A DNA stretch of 24,000 nt from Candidatus Sericytochromatia bacterium (GTDB lineage Bacteria > Cyanobacteriota > Sericytochromatia > S15B-MN24 > JAQBPE01): NCBI GenBank assembly GCA_035285125.1, contig JAYKHR010000159.1:23733-47732 (forward strand), in the 5' to 3' direction. Made by a program: the position numbers and the translations under genes. This document shows positions 1 through 8,721 of this stretch, one piece after another. The notes under the pieces are model-generated. The model did no database searches. It had not been told where the DNA came from and was given only the letters and a program-made list of their open reading frames with translations. Position 1 is the first letter of the stretch. Each line of letters starts with the position of its first letter.

Positions 1-753
1 CTCATCGAGGCCTCCACGGGCCTGCTGTTCTGGGCGGTGCTGCAGGCCCACGGTCCCACGTGGCAGACGCTCGCGCTGTGGGCCTTTGTTGCCCTGGGGA
101 TCGTGGTCTTCTGGATCGACCTGGACACGATGCTCATCCACGACGCCGTCACGCTGCCGGGGATCGGCCTGGGGCTGGCCTACGGCTTCGCGTTGACGGA
201 CAATGGCATCTCTGGGCTCGTCGCAGCGCTGGGAGCCTGGGCCTTCTTGCTGGCGGTGAACAGCCTCTCGCTGCTGCTCCTGGGGCAGGATGGCGTGGGC
301 GACGGCGATATGACCCTGGTGATGATGCTCGGGGCCTGGCTTGGCACCCGGCACACGCTGGTGGCTCTTGGCTTCGCCCTGATCGTGGGCAGCCTCTGGG
401 GGCTGTTCCAGCTGCACGCGCGCTGGTGGAGCTTCGGGGCCAGGGCGCCCCTGGCCGCGGCCGCCCTGGTGGCCCCCGCGAGCTTCGAGCTGGTGTGCCT
501 GGTGACGGGCTTGCCCACCGGCAGCCCACAGTGGTGGTGCGGTGGGCACCTCGACCTGACAGGCTGGGCGGTGGCCGTCACCGCCTCGGTGTTTCTTGCC
601 CTGGCGGCGGGGTGGCTGTTGCGGCGACTGACGCACGCAGAGCCTCCCCACGTGATGCCATTCGGTCCGGCGCTGGTGGCGGGGGGCGTGGGCGCGCTCT
701 TCGTGGGTGCTCCCACCTGGACGTGGCTGTCCAGCCACGTCGTGGGCCCCTGA
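1..753 (+). CDS. pilD: Prepilin (type IV) leader peptidase, A24 aspartyl protease family; 5' end truncated by window edge
   Basis: Frame 1 is open from nt 1 (LIEASTGLLFWAV... precedes listed ORF 37..753). It is a polytopic hydrophobic protein carrying both A24 catalytic-Asp motifs (FWIDLDTMLIHD and GDGDMTLVMMLGAWLG) and the C-terminal MPFGPALVAGG motif. It lies immediately upstream of pilMNOPQ. Confidence 0.85.
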   Translation, partial: LIEASTGLLFWAVLQAHGPTWQTLALWAFVALGIVVFWIDLDTMLIHDAVTLPGIGLGLAYGFALTDNGISGLVAALGAWAFLLAVNSLSLLLLGQDGVGDGDMTLVMMLGAWLGTRHTLVALGFALIVGSLWGLFQLHARWWSFGARAPLAAAALVAPASFELVCLVTGLPTGSPQWWCGGHLDLTGWAVAVTASVFLALAAGWLLRRLTHAEPPHVMPFGPALVAGGVGALFVGAPTWTWLSSHVVGP

Positions 754-771
754 GGTTGAAGGAGGCTTCGT

Positions 772-1869
772 ATGCAGTGGCTTGACGCGCTGAAGGCGCG
801 CATCGGCCTGAAGGCCAAGGCCGTCGTCGGGTTGGACATCGGGCCGGACGCCATCGTGGTCGCCAGCCTGTCGAAGGGCAAGACGGGCTACGTTGTTGAG
901 GCCCTCGGCTCTGCGCCTATGCCGTCCAACTCGCTGCAGGACGGCGAGATCGCGGACCCGGCCGCCGTGGGCGAGTTGGTGCGCGGCCTGCTCGACGAGC
1001 AGGGCATCGAGGCCGACCAGGCCGTGGTTGCCATCAGCGGGCAGAGCGTCATCATCCGCCTCATTGCGACGGAGCCGATGGAGCCCGGCGAGTTGGACAC
1101 CTACATCGGCATCGAGGCGGAGCGGTACATCCCCTTCGCGCTGGATGACGTGAACATCAGCTCGCAGATCGTGGGCAACACCGTCGACGAGTCAGGCAAC
1201 GACAAAATGGAAGTGCTGCTGGTCGCAGCCCAGAAGAACCTGGTGCAGTCCTTCATCTCTGCCGCGGAGGAGGCCGGCCTGGGCCTGAAGTGTGTCGACG
1301 TGGCCTCTTTCGCTGTGATGAGAGCCCTAGAGAAGTCAGAATACCTTGACGATAATCAGACGGTTGCTGCGCTGCTGATCCAGGGCCCCTCCACCGACAT
1401 CAACGTGCTGTCGGGCGGGGTCCCCAAGTTCAACCGCAGCGTGCTGATTGGCTACACCTACCTCGTGGACAACCTGATCAACTCTCTCGGCATCGATGAA
1501 TTCGCCGCTCGCGAGCTGCTCGACCAGCTCGACGTGGACCCGCAGGGCTACGAAGACATCTCAGCGGAGGTCGAGCAGGCGACGGAAATCATCAGGCCGG
1601 CGCTGTCCGAGCTGACGGGCGAGATCAGCCGGTCGCTGGACTTCTTCATGAGCCAGGGCGGCGCCACCATCGACCGGATCGTCATTTGCGGCAAGGGGGC
1701 CTCGATCCGTGGCCTCGACCGCTTTCTGACCACGCGCCTCGGCATCGAGGTCGCCGTCGGGAATCCGTTCACCGCCCTCGGGATCGACAACGTCGAGGTC
1801 GAGGAGTCTCAGGCTCCAGCCTACATCACGGCCATGGGGCTGGCGCTGCGGGGGCTTGAGGGACCATGA
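772..1869 (+). CDS. pilM: Type IV pilus assembly protein PilM (actin-like ATPase fold)
   Basis: 365 aa. The N-terminus VVGLDIGPDAIVVASL and overall layout are typical of PilM. GGAGG at 761-765 sits 6 nt before ATG 772. Its stop overlaps the pilN start (ATGA at 1866-1869). Confidence 0.9.
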   Translation: MQWLDALKARIGLKAKAVVGLDIGPDAIVVASLSKGKTGYVVEALGSAPMPSNSLQDGEIADPAAVGELVRGLLDEQGIEADQAVVAISGQSVIIRLIATEPMEPGELDTYIGIEAERYIPFALDDVNISSQIVGNTVDESGNDKMEVLLVAAQKNLVQSFISAAEEAGLGLKCVDVASFAVMRALEKSEYLDDNQTVAALLIQGPSTDINVLSGGVPKFNRSVLIGYTYLVDNLINSLGIDEFAARELLDQLDVDPQGYEDISAEVEQATEIIRPALSELTGEISRSLDFFMSQGGATIDRIVICGKGASIRGLDRFLTTRLGIEVAVGNPFTALGIDNVEVEESQAPAYITAMGLALRGLEGP

Positions 1870-2477
1870 CCACCATCAACATCAACCTGCTCCCCGAGGA
1901 GATGCGCGCCAGCGGTGGCGGCGCATCCGGCGGCGGCGAGGGGGGCTTCAACCGCGAGGCCATGCTGCCCATTGCAGGGGGCGTGGGCGCAGCACTCCTG
2001 GTCCTCACCGTGCCCTTCCTCCTGCGGACCCTCTGGTTCGACCCCAGCTCGGTAGAGCTCCAGGAGAAAGACAGCGAGGTGCAGGCGGAGATTGACAAGT
2101 ACAACACCTCGCTGAAGGACCTGCAGAGCCAAGGCGAGCGGCGGGAGATGCTCAAAAAGCAGTACGCCACCCTGCAGAGCGTGGCCGGGGTGACGCCCTC
2201 GTGGGCGCAGATCCTCAACGAGTTGCGGACCCTGACGCCAGGTAGCCTGTGGTTCGAGGACTTCAAGGTCGACTCCCAGAAGGCCGAGATCAGCATCAAG
2301 GGTGGTGCGCTGGATTACGGCGCGGTCGCCTATTTCCAACGTAACCTGGAGCACTCGGAGTACTTTGCAGGGCCGCAGCTGCGCCGCACGGAGGCGCACG
2401 TCAACAACGGCCGCACCAGCTTCGTTCAGTTCGAGCTGTCGGCCAGCGTGCGCCTCGGCGCCAGAACGTCACGGTAG
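1866..2477 (+). CDS. pilN: Type IV pilus assembly protein PilN
   Basis: 203 aa. Has the hallmark N-terminal INLLPEE motif, one TM helix (LPIAGGVGAALLVLTVPFLL), then a coiled-coil and ferredoxin-like periplasmic part. Translationally coupled to pilM. Confidence 0.85.
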   Translation: MTTININLLPEEMRASGGGASGGGEGGFNREAMLPIAGGVGAALLVLTVPFLLRTLWFDPSSVELQEKDSEVQAEIDKYNTSLKDLQSQGERREMLKKQYATLQSVAGVTPSWAQILNELRTLTPGSLWFEDFKVDSQKAEISIKGGALDYGAVAYFQRNLEHSEYFAGPQLRRTEAHVNNGRTSFVQFELSASVRLGARTSR

Positions 2478-2485
2478 GGAGAGGC

Positions 2486-3115
2486 ATGAGCACCATCACC
2501 ATCGGAGGGAATGAAGTCCCCGCCAAGGGGGTGGCTGCCGCTATTGTGGGCCTGGCACTGGCCTACCTGGCCTACGACACCTTCCTGTCAGAGGACAGCT
2601 TGATGGGGCGGTACGACGCCCTGCAGGCCCAGGAGCAGGGCATCGAGGAGAAGCGCAACACCGCGCAACAACTCAAGCAGCAGACCCGGGAGATCGACAA
2701 GGTGAAGGCCGAGATCCTCGACGTCGAGAAGGCCATCGCAGTCCTGCGCTCCAAGATCCCGGTCGAGGCCCAGCTGCCCGTGCTCCTTTACGACATCGAG
2801 CGCATGGCCCGGGCCAGCCGCGGTGGCCTGGAGTCCTTCCAGCCCGAGGCGCTGGCGAGCTTCAAGGGCGACCCAAGCGGCGAGATCCAGGAGTTGCCCA
2901 TTTCCATCAAGGCTAATGGCACCTTCTCGCAGGTGCTGCAGTTCCTCGAGGCCATCAACCTGTACGAACGCAAGCTCTCTGTGAGCAACCTGACGCTCAA
3001 GCCTCTCCAGGCCTCGCCAAGCGTCGGTGGCAGCGGCGCCGATTTCCGGAACAACCTCGCGATGGAATTCAAACTGAACGCTTACATCCTCCGCAGCAAG
3101 GGAGGCACGCCATGA
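2486..3115 (+). CDS. pilO: Type IV pilus assembly protein PilO
   Basis: 209 aa. N-terminal TM helix, a long coiled-coil (QAQEQGIEEKRNTAQQLKQQTREIDKVKAEILDVEKAI), then a C-terminal alpha/beta domain. Position between pilN and the pilP-like gene supports the call. GGGAGAGG lies upstream of ATG 2486. Confidence 0.8.
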   Translation: MSTITIGGNEVPAKGVAAAIVGLALAYLAYDTFLSEDSLMGRYDALQAQEQGIEEKRNTAQQLKQQTREIDKVKAEILDVEKAIAVLRSKIPVEAQLPVLLYDIERMARASRGGLESFQPEALASFKGDPSGEIQELPISIKANGTFSQVLQFLEAINLYERKLSVSNLTLKPLQASPSVGGSGADFRNNLAMEFKLNAYILRSKGGTP

Positions 3116-3852
3116 ACTTCGCGCAAGCGATGATCGTCCCGTCCCTTGTCAGCATGGGGCTCGGGACGTTGATGGTGGCCCAGAACCTGTCCTTCGTGGA
3201 AGCGGGCTATGCGGCGCCTGCTGGCCCTGCAGCCCCCGCGGGTAAGGAAGGGAAGCAGGCCCCGAAGGTCGATTCGCGGCCACAGGCCGCGGCCCCGGGC
3301 GCGGCAACGCCCGGCAACGCGGAAGAGGTCCAGTTCGGCAAGGGTGAGGGTGCCGTGCTGGCTGCGACCTCGGAGCAAGAGCTCTCCGTGCGCGCCGTCG
3401 AGGCCGCCGGCCGAGAGGACCCGTTCCTCCAGCTGGTGCCGCCCGACCCGGGCTCCATCAAGGTCCCGATCGAGATTGCCCCGCTCACGAAGCTCCCCCC
3501 CATCTCGACGGTCGCGCCGACGATCCCGGTCGTCAAGCCCGTGCCGCCGCCGGTGGTGCCCGTGACCGCCGTGAAGCCTCCCGTCAATGGGGCGGCTGCC
3601 CCCCCTCCTCCAAAGCCCTTCGGCGGCGACAAGCCACCGGCCCTGGATCAGCCTCAGTGGCTGGTGCGCGGCATCGTCAGCACGGGTTACGAGCGCATCT
3701 GCATGCTCGAAGGCCGCGCCGGCAACAACATCAGCGCCCGCATCGGCGAGACCCTCTCAGACGGAAGCGTCGTGGAGGCCATCTCCAACCGAGGCGTCAC
3801 CTTCATCCGCGGCGGCCGTCGCTTCGTGAAGATCATTGGAGGCATCCTGTGA
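3112..3852 (+). CDS. PilP-like pilus assembly protein (occupies the PilP/PilW slot) with a long Pro/Ala-rich spacer
   Basis: 246 aa. N-terminal hydrophobic anchor and a roughly 150-aa P/A/V-rich linker. Has an EDPF motif (REDPFLQLVPP), then a C-terminal beta-domain (QWLVRGIVSTGYERICMLEGRAGNNISARIGETLSDGSVVEAISNRGVTFIRGG) resembling the PilP fold pattern. ATGA overlap with the pilO stop (3112-3115). Its TGA (3850-3852) overlaps the pilQ ATG (3852). Confidence 0.65.
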   Translation: MNFAQAMIVPSLVSMGLGTLMVAQNLSFVEAGYAAPAGPAAPAGKEGKQAPKVDSRPQAAAPGAATPGNAEEVQFGKGEGAVLAATSEQELSVRAVEAAGREDPFLQLVPPDPGSIKVPIEIAPLTKLPPISTVAPTIPVVKPVPPPVVPVTAVKPPVNGAAAPPPPKPFGGDKPPALDQPQWLVRGIVSTGYERICMLEGRAGNNISARIGETLSDGSVVEAISNRGVTFIRGGRRFVKIIGGIL

Positions 3853-5225
3853 TGACGGTTCCCCTCCGCTCTCTGCGCACCCTGGTGGCAGCCTGCGTCC
3901 TCCTGACGGGCGCGGCAGGCGCTGCCCCGGCGTGGGCGCAGGACGCCACAGACCGAAATGCCTCCGTCAAGGACCAGCTGATCAACTTCAAGGACATCCC
4001 CGCGCTCATCAAGAACCCGACCTTCATCACCCTGAAGTTCGACAACGCCGACGTGCGCGAGGTGCTGCGCATGATTGCCCAGCGCGGGGGTATGAACCTG
4101 ATCATCGACGAGAGCGTCAAGGGGCGCTTCACCATCGACGTCCGCGCGGTGCCCCTCGACGAGTTCTTCGGCATCGTGCTCCGGACCAACGGCCTGGCCG
4201 CCCGACGCGTCGGCACCTCCTTGCTGATTGCGAACGAAGAGCAGCTTCGCGCAAAGATCGACAGCGCGCAGGCCGCCACCTTCAGGCTCAACAACGCCTC
4301 GGCAGAGGACGCCCTGCGCGTCATCAACGGCGTCCTCGATGCGAAGAGCGCTGGCAAGGTCAAGCTGATCGCCGATAAGCGCACCAACTCCGTCGTCGTC
4401 TCGGGCACTGGCGAGGACCTCACGAAGATCCGCAACGCCATCCGGGCCATCGACGTTCCCGCCCCCCAGGTGGTCATCGAGCTCAAGCTGGTCGAGGTCC
4501 AACGTGGGGCGTTGAAGCGGCTCGGCGGAGAGTTCGGCTTCGGTGGCTCGAAGTTCGGGTTCTCGAGCAACGTCTCGGACATCGCCGTGACGGCAAACGG
4601 CCAGCCATCCGCCGGCATCCCCCCCTCGGGCAGCGGCGGCACCACCGTGACGTTTTCCTCCCTCGGGAACATCACCTCGAACATGAACGCCCGCATCACG
4701 GCGCTCGTGAACCGCGGCGAGGCCCAGATCCTCGCCAACCCTCGCGTCGCAACCCAGGACAACGTTCAGGCGGAGATCGCCATTGTGAACCGCTTCCCCA
4801 TCGTCTCGACCACCTTCGTCGGGGCGGCCGGCGGCGCAGCGAACGCAACGCAGCAAGTGCAGTTCCAGGACATCGGCGAGCGCCTCACGATCACGCCGCG
4901 CATCGACACCAACGGCTTCGTGACCATGGACATCCAGCCCAACATTTCGGTGCGGGGCAAGGACGTCATCGTCAACGGCAACCCGGTGCCTGAAATCAAC
5001 GAGCGGCGTCTCCGGACGACCATGCGTGTCGCAGATGGCGAGACGGTCGTGATCGGCGGCCTCATCCGCCGGAACACCACGTCATCCCAGACGAAGACAC
5101 CGCTGCTGGGCGATCTGCCCTTCATCGGGTTCCTGTTCAGGCAAGACTCCAACAGCAACGACGAGACCGAGGTCATCGTGATGGTGACGCCGCACATCAG
5201 GAGCGGCGAACGCCTCTCGGACTGA
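3852..5225 (+). CDS. pilQ: Type IV pilus secretin PilQ (compact: N0-like, N1-like and secretin domains)
   Basis: The listed ORF starts at 3657, but ATG 3852 gives a clean signal peptide ([30 protein letters not shown]). Has an N0/STN-like segment ([33 protein letters not shown]) and a Secretin_N-like segment. The secretin core is clear ([20 protein letters not shown] ... [32 protein letters not shown] ... [12 protein letters not shown]). Confidence 0.9.
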   Translation: MTVPLRSLRTLVAACVLLTGAAGAAPAWAQDATDRNASVKDQLINFKDIPALIKNPTFITLKFDNADVREVLRMIAQRGGMNLIIDESVKGRFTIDVRAVPLDEFFGIVLRTNGLAARRVGTSLLIANEEQLRAKIDSAQAATFRLNNASAEDALRVINGVLDAKSAGKVKLIADKRTNSVVVSGTGEDLTKIRNAIRAIDVPAPQVVIELKLVEVQRGALKRLGGEFGFGGSKFGFSSNVSDIAVTANGQPSAGIPPSGSGGTTVTFSSLGNITSNMNARITALVNRGEAQILANPRVATQDNVQAEIAIVNRFPIVSTTFVGAAGGAANATQQVQFQDIGERLTITPRIDTNGFVTMDIQPNISVRGKDVIVNGNPVPEINERRLRTTMRVADGETVVIGGLIRRNTTSSQTKTPLLGDLPFIGFLFRQDSNSNDETEVIVMVTPHIRSGERLSD

Positions 5226-5251
5226 AGGCAGCGGCCCCGGGGCCCAGTTCC

Positions 5252-5259
5252 TGTATAAT
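5252..5259 (+). promoter_or_regulatory. Candidate extended -10 element TGTATAAT upstream of glyQS
   Basis: Exact TGnTATAAT match in the pilQ-glyQS spacer, 55 nt before the glyQS ATG. I found no convincing -35. A start about 7 nt downstream would fall inside the left arm of the adjacent hairpin, so assignment is uncertain. Confidence 0.3.
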
Positions 5260-5262
5260 CTG

Positions 5263-5296
5263 GTCGGCCGTTCGCGCCTCGCGGACGGCCGACTTT
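5263..5296 (+). terminator. GC-rich hairpin after pilQ (candidate intrinsic terminator with a weak T tract)
   Basis: GTCGGCCGTTCGCG-CCT-CGCGGACGGCCGAC (5263-5293) forms about 14 contiguous pairs, including one T-G wobble, with a 3-nt loop. It is followed only by TTTC. It lies 38 nt after the pilQ stop. Confidence 0.4.
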
Positions 5297-5313
5297 CGAT
5301 CGGAGGGGTGAGA

Positions 5314-6825
5314 ATGACGCAAGTGGCTACGGACCTGATGGAGAAGATCGTCTCGCTCGCGAAGCGCCGGGGCATCATCTTTCCGAGCAGCGAGATCTAC
5401 GGCGGGCTCGGCAGCACCTGGGACTACGGCCCCCTCGGCGTCCTCTTGAAGAACAACGTGAAGCGGGCTTGGTGGCGTGCCGTGGTGCAGCAACGCACCG
5501 ACATGGTCGGCATGGACGCCGCGATCCTCATGCACCCCCAGGCCTGGGTGGCCTCCGGCCACGTCGAGACCTTCCACGACCCACTGGTCGACGATAAGCA
5601 GACCAAGCAACGCTTCCGGGCTGACCACCTGATCGGGCAGATGATCGAGGAGTTCAAGGCCTCCGGCGCCTCCACCCTGGTCAAGAAGGGCCACGAGGCT
5701 TTCCTGCCCGAGTTTGCGGCGTGGGTCGAGGCCAACTCCGTCGAGGCCCTCCTCAAGGACAAGCCCCGCTGTCAGGAGGTCTTCGCCCACATGGTCAGCC
5801 CGGCGGGCGGCGAACTCACGGAGCCACGTAACTTCAACTTGATGTTCAAGACCTTCCTCGGCCCCGTCGAGGACTCAGCAGCCGTGGTGTACCTGCGCCC
5901 CGAAACGGCCCAGGGCATCTTTGTGAACTTCCGCAACGTCCAGGGCGCCAGCCGCAAGAAGCCTCCCTTCGGCATCGCCCAGATTGGCAAGTCCTTCCGC
6001 AATGAGATCACCCCCGGTAACTTCACGTTCCGGACGCGCGAGTTCGAGCAGATGGAGATCGAGTTCTTCGCCCCGCCAGACGAGGCTGCGCAGTGGCACC
6101 AGCATTGGATCCACGCGCGCTACCAGTGGTACCTCGACCTCGGCATGAAGCCCGCGAACATCCGACGCCGCGCGCACGGCAGCGATGAACTCGCGCACTA
6201 CGCCGCGGGCTGCGAGGACTTCGAGTACCGCTTCCCGTTCGGCTGGTCAGAGTTGGAGGGTGTCGCGAACCGCACCGACTTCGACCTGAAGCAGCACCAG
6301 TCGCTCTCCGGCAAGGACCTGACCTACTTCGACGAGGAGAGCAAGACCGCCTACATCCCCCACGTGATCGAGCCGTCGGCCGGCGCCGATCGGGCGACGC
6401 TGGCCTTCCTGGTCGACTCCTACGACGAGGAAACGGACGCCAAGGGGGAGACGCGCGTGGTGCTCCGGCTGCATCCGATGCTGGCCCCCTTCCAGGTCGC
6501 GGTGCTGCCGCTTTCGAAGAAGCCGGAGTTGACGGGGCCCGCCCGCAAGCTGGCCGCGCACCTGGCCCAGTTCTGGTCCGTCGACTACGACGAGACCCAG
6601 TCGATCGGCAAGCGATACAGGCGTCAGGATGAGGTCGGCACGCCCTACTGCCTCACGCTGGACTTCGACTCGTTGAACGACCACAGCGTGACCATCCGCG
6701 AGCGAGACTCAATGGACCAGGTGCGGCTTCCCCTGGCTGACGTCCTGCCGTGGCTGCAGGGACGGCTGCGCTGGCCGGGCGAGACGGCCGAGTTGCCCGC
6801 CATCTTCGAGGCCCCTCAGGCCTAG
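5314..6825 (+). CDS. glyQS: Glycine--tRNA ligase, homodimeric class II type
   Basis: N-terminus [46 protein letters not shown], plus [51 protein letters not shown] and the anticodon-binding tail [26 protein letters not shown] at 5302-5306 is 7 nt before ATG 5314, which I prefer over the listed GTG 5308. Confidence 0.93.
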   Translation: MTQVATDLMEKIVSLAKRRGIIFPSSEIYGGLGSTWDYGPLGVLLKNNVKRAWWRAVVQQRTDMVGMDAAILMHPQAWVASGHVETFHDPLVDDKQTKQRFRADHLIGQMIEEFKASGASTLVKKGHEAFLPEFAAWVEANSVEALLKDKPRCQEVFAHMVSPAGGELTEPRNFNLMFKTFLGPVEDSAAVVYLRPETAQGIFVNFRNVQGASRKKPPFGIAQIGKSFRNEITPGNFTFRTREFEQMEIEFFAPPDEAAQWHQHWIHARYQWYLDLGMKPANIRRRAHGSDELAHYAAGCEDFEYRFPFGWSELEGVANRTDFDLKQHQSLSGKDLTYFDEESKTAYIPHVIEPSAGADRATLAFLVDSYDEETDAKGETRVVLRLHPMLAPFQVAVLPLSKKPELTGPARKLAAHLAQFWSVDYDETQSIGKRYRRQDEVGTPYCLTLDFDSLNDHSVTIRERDSMDQVRLPLADVLPWLQGRLRWPGETAELPAIFEAPQA

Positions 6826-6834
6826 CCTGAGGGG
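6812..6834. terminator. Perfect 10-bp hairpin shared by convergent glyQS and the glycosyltransferase gene (candidate bidirectional terminator)
   Basis: CCCCTCAGGC-cta-GCCTGAGGGG. The glyQS TAG (6823-6825) spans the loop/right-arm junction. The minus-strand gene's stop (6836-6838) is 2 nt beyond the stem. No U tract on either side. Confidence 0.4.
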
Positions 6835-6835
6835 G

Positions 6836-8275
6836 TCACCTCTTCGGGCCGGACGTGAGCCCGTGGACCCTGTTGCCGAGGCCGTTGAGGTACTGGTGGT
6901 AGCGCGCTGTGCTCTCCAGCCCGGCGGTCTCGCGGAACCGGCGCATCTGGGAGAAGAATTCCCAGCGTGACAGCACCATCCGCTGCCCGTACTGCTCGAC
7001 CGTGAGGGGCAACCCCACGAGAAGGGGGTGCATCCAGACGGCCCAGCAAACGGCGGCGCAGAGCAACCCCGCGAAGGCCAGCCGCGCGTGCGTCAGGCGC
7101 CCCAGCGCCCAGGCGATGGCGATGGCCGCAAAGGGGAGGGCCTCGCCGAAGTAGGTGCTGAAGGTGGTGGCCCTGCCCGTCAGCGACCAGGCCATCCACA
7201 TCAGCATCCCCAAGACGCCGACGAAGGCAGGTACGGCCTCGCGGTGCCGCCACGCCCTGCGCAGCGCGATCGCCCAGGCGGGCACGGCCGCCAGCCAGAG
7301 CGTGGGGTTGCCCAGCGCCAGGATGCCCTCTACACGTCCCTCGGCGGGCATGGGAACAAATTGGTACCAGAGCGGGACCTGCAACAACGGCCAGGACCAC
7401 CAGGGAGAGTGGTAGGGATGGCCCCCCACCTCGTACTGGTGAAAGGTGACCATGCGGGCGTGCAGGTCCGCGAGCAGGCCCCAGGCTTCTCCCCAGGAGG
7501 CAGGTTGCAGCAGGGAGGCGCCCGGCGGCCAGACCATCGGCAGGCAGATCGCCACGTACACCGCCGCTGGCACAACGGCAAAGCCTGCCGCGGCAGCTAT
7601 CGCCCAGCGGTCCCAGGCGTGGGCGCTGGCCCTCCCCGACCAGGGTCGCCTGAGCAACAGGCAGACCAGGCCCAGGGCGCCCAGGGCCACGGCCCCGGTC
7701 CAGCGCGTGCCGAGCGAAGCGCCCAGCGCCACGCCCATGGGCAGGAGCCACAGGGGCTGGTCCCGCCGGCAAGCCAGCCACGCCAGCCCTGAGGCCGCCA
7801 CGATGAAGCACGTCGAAAAGGCGTTGGTCATCCCCAGCCGGGCGTGCACAAAGAAAACGCCGTCCAGTGCCAGCAGCAGCGCCGCCACCAGGCTCCCCAG
7901 CACGCCGAGCCCGAGCGCACGCGCAAGCAGCAGCGTGCCGCCGAGGGCAAGGGAAGCCGCCACGACGCTCGGCATCCGCCAGGCCCAGGCGTGGGCGGCA
8001 GTCCAGCCGTGGGACGGCAGGTCGAAGGCTCCGGGGCCCAGGGCCAAGCCCAGCGCGATGAGCCACCGGCAGCCCGGGGGATGGGCGAGGTCCGATGGTG
8101 GCAACCCCTGCAGCATCTCGTCGGCGGCCGCAACGTGCAACACCTCGTCGAACACGGGGGCAACGTGCAGCGCCAGCCCGTGGCTGGCCCAGAGGGCAAA
8201 TGCCACGGTCACAGCGAGTGCGAGAAGCCCATCACGCCATGTAAGGCGCTCCGTGGGCCAGCGCCAGGGGCTCAC
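6836..8275 (-). CDS. Polytopic membrane glycosyltransferase, GT39/PMT-like (phospholipid-carrier-dependent protein mannosyltransferase family)
   Basis: Many TM helices. The first loop carries the PMT-type acidic motif APVFDEVLHVAAADEM. The listed ORF runs to 8440 but would overlap spoVS. In-frame GTG at 8275 is preceded by GGGGGAG 4 nt upstream. Start is uncertain; family call rests on motif and topology only. Confidence 0.65.
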   Translation of the reverse strand: MSPWRWPTERLTWRDGLLALAVTVAFALWASHGLALHVAPVFDEVLHVAAADEMLQGLPPSDLAHPPGCRWLIALGLALGPGAFDLPSHGWTAAHAWAWRMPSVVAASLALGGTLLLARALGLGVLGSLVAALLLALDGVFFVHARLGMTNAFSTCFIVAASGLAWLACRRDQPLWLLPMGVALGASLGTRWTGAVALGALGLVCLLLRRPWSGRASAHAWDRWAIAAAAGFAVVPAAVYVAICLPMVWPPGASLLQPASWGEAWGLLADLHARMVTFHQYEVGGHPYHSPWWSWPLLQVPLWYQFVPMPAEGRVEGILALGNPTLWLAAVPAWAIALRRAWRHREAVPAFVGVLGMLMWMAWSLTGRATTFSTYFGEALPFAAIAIAWALGRLTHARLAFAGLLCAAVCWAVWMHPLLVGLPLTVEQYGQRMVLSRWEFFSQMRRFRETAGLESTARYHQYLNGLGNRVHGLTSGPKR

Positions 8276-8321
8276 GCCGCTCCCCCCGTCGGGGTCGCTT
8301 CCACGAGCCGCCCCGCCCAAC

Positions 8322-8582
8322 TCAGCGCGGCTCGACGATGAGCTTGATTGCGGTACGCTCCTCGCCGTCGATGAGGAGGTCGATAAAGGCCGGCACACAG
8401 ACCAGGTCCAGGCCGCTGGGCGCCACGTAGCCACGGGCAATCGCCACGGCCTTGACCGCCTGGTTGATGGCCCCCGCTCCGATGGCCTGCATTTCCGCCG
8501 TGCCGTGCTCTCGGAGCACCCCAGCCAGGGCCCCGGCGACGGAACTCGGGTTGGATTTGGCAGATACCTTCAGCACGTCCAT
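8322..8582 (-). CDS. spoVS: SpoVS family protein (86 aa)
   Basis: MDVLKVSAKSNPSSVAGALAGVLREHGTAEMQAIGAGAINQAVKAVAIARGYVAPSGLDLVCVPAFIDLLIDGEERTAIKLIVEPR is a full-length, highly characteristic SpoVS sequence. ATG is at 8582 with GGAG 8 nt upstream. The listed ORF's extension to 8687 is not needed. Confidence 0.9.
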   Translation of the reverse strand: MDVLKVSAKSNPSSVAGALAGVLREHGTAEMQAIGAGAINQAVKAVAIARGYVAPSGLDLVCVPAFIDLLIDGEERTAIKLIVEPR

Positions 8583-8721
8583 GGTTGGCGCTCCAGGTCG
8601 GGGTGCGATGCGGGGCATGTTGCTGGGCTGGTCGAGACCGAGGCGCGGTGCAGGATTGCTGACCGTCAAGCGGGCACGGGGAGCCATTTATCGGCGTTTC
8701 TGAAGCCATGATAACCTACCG

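Noticed and set aside
1346-1356. AT-leaner patch inside pilM containing TTGACGATAAT (looks like fused -35/-10 hexamers).
   Set aside because: The hexamers are adjacent rather than about 17 nt apart. The region is in-frame pilM coding sequence (SEYLDDNQT), so it is a codon-composition effect.
3687-4856. Very long ORFs antisense to or out of frame with annotated genes. Examples: 3687-4856 (-), 6822-8066 (-), 7446-8711 (+), 11001-12359 (+), 13690-15054 (+), 16361-17158 (+), 17014-18228 (+), 19169-20191 (-).
   Set aside because: Their products are R/P/A/G-rich low-complexity strings typical of off-frame translation in GC-rich DNA, where stop codons are rare. Each overlaps a frame that has clear family motifs. 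No independent SD or start support.
8276-8440. Upstream extensions of listed ORFs: glycosyltransferase to 8440, rny to 11222, pilQ to 3657, spoVS to 8687.
   Set aside because: These extensions overlap neighbouring well-supported genes or lack homology-like sequence. Internal starts (GTG 8275, ATG 11111, ATG 3852, ATG 8582) give canonical N-termini (TM anchor, signal peptide, or full-length SpoVS) with SD-like sequences.
8322-8582. SpoVS as evidence that the organism sporulates.
   Set aside because: SpoVS-family proteins occur widely in non-sporulating lineages. No other sporulation gene is present in the window, and the genome encodes a secretin typical of diderms.
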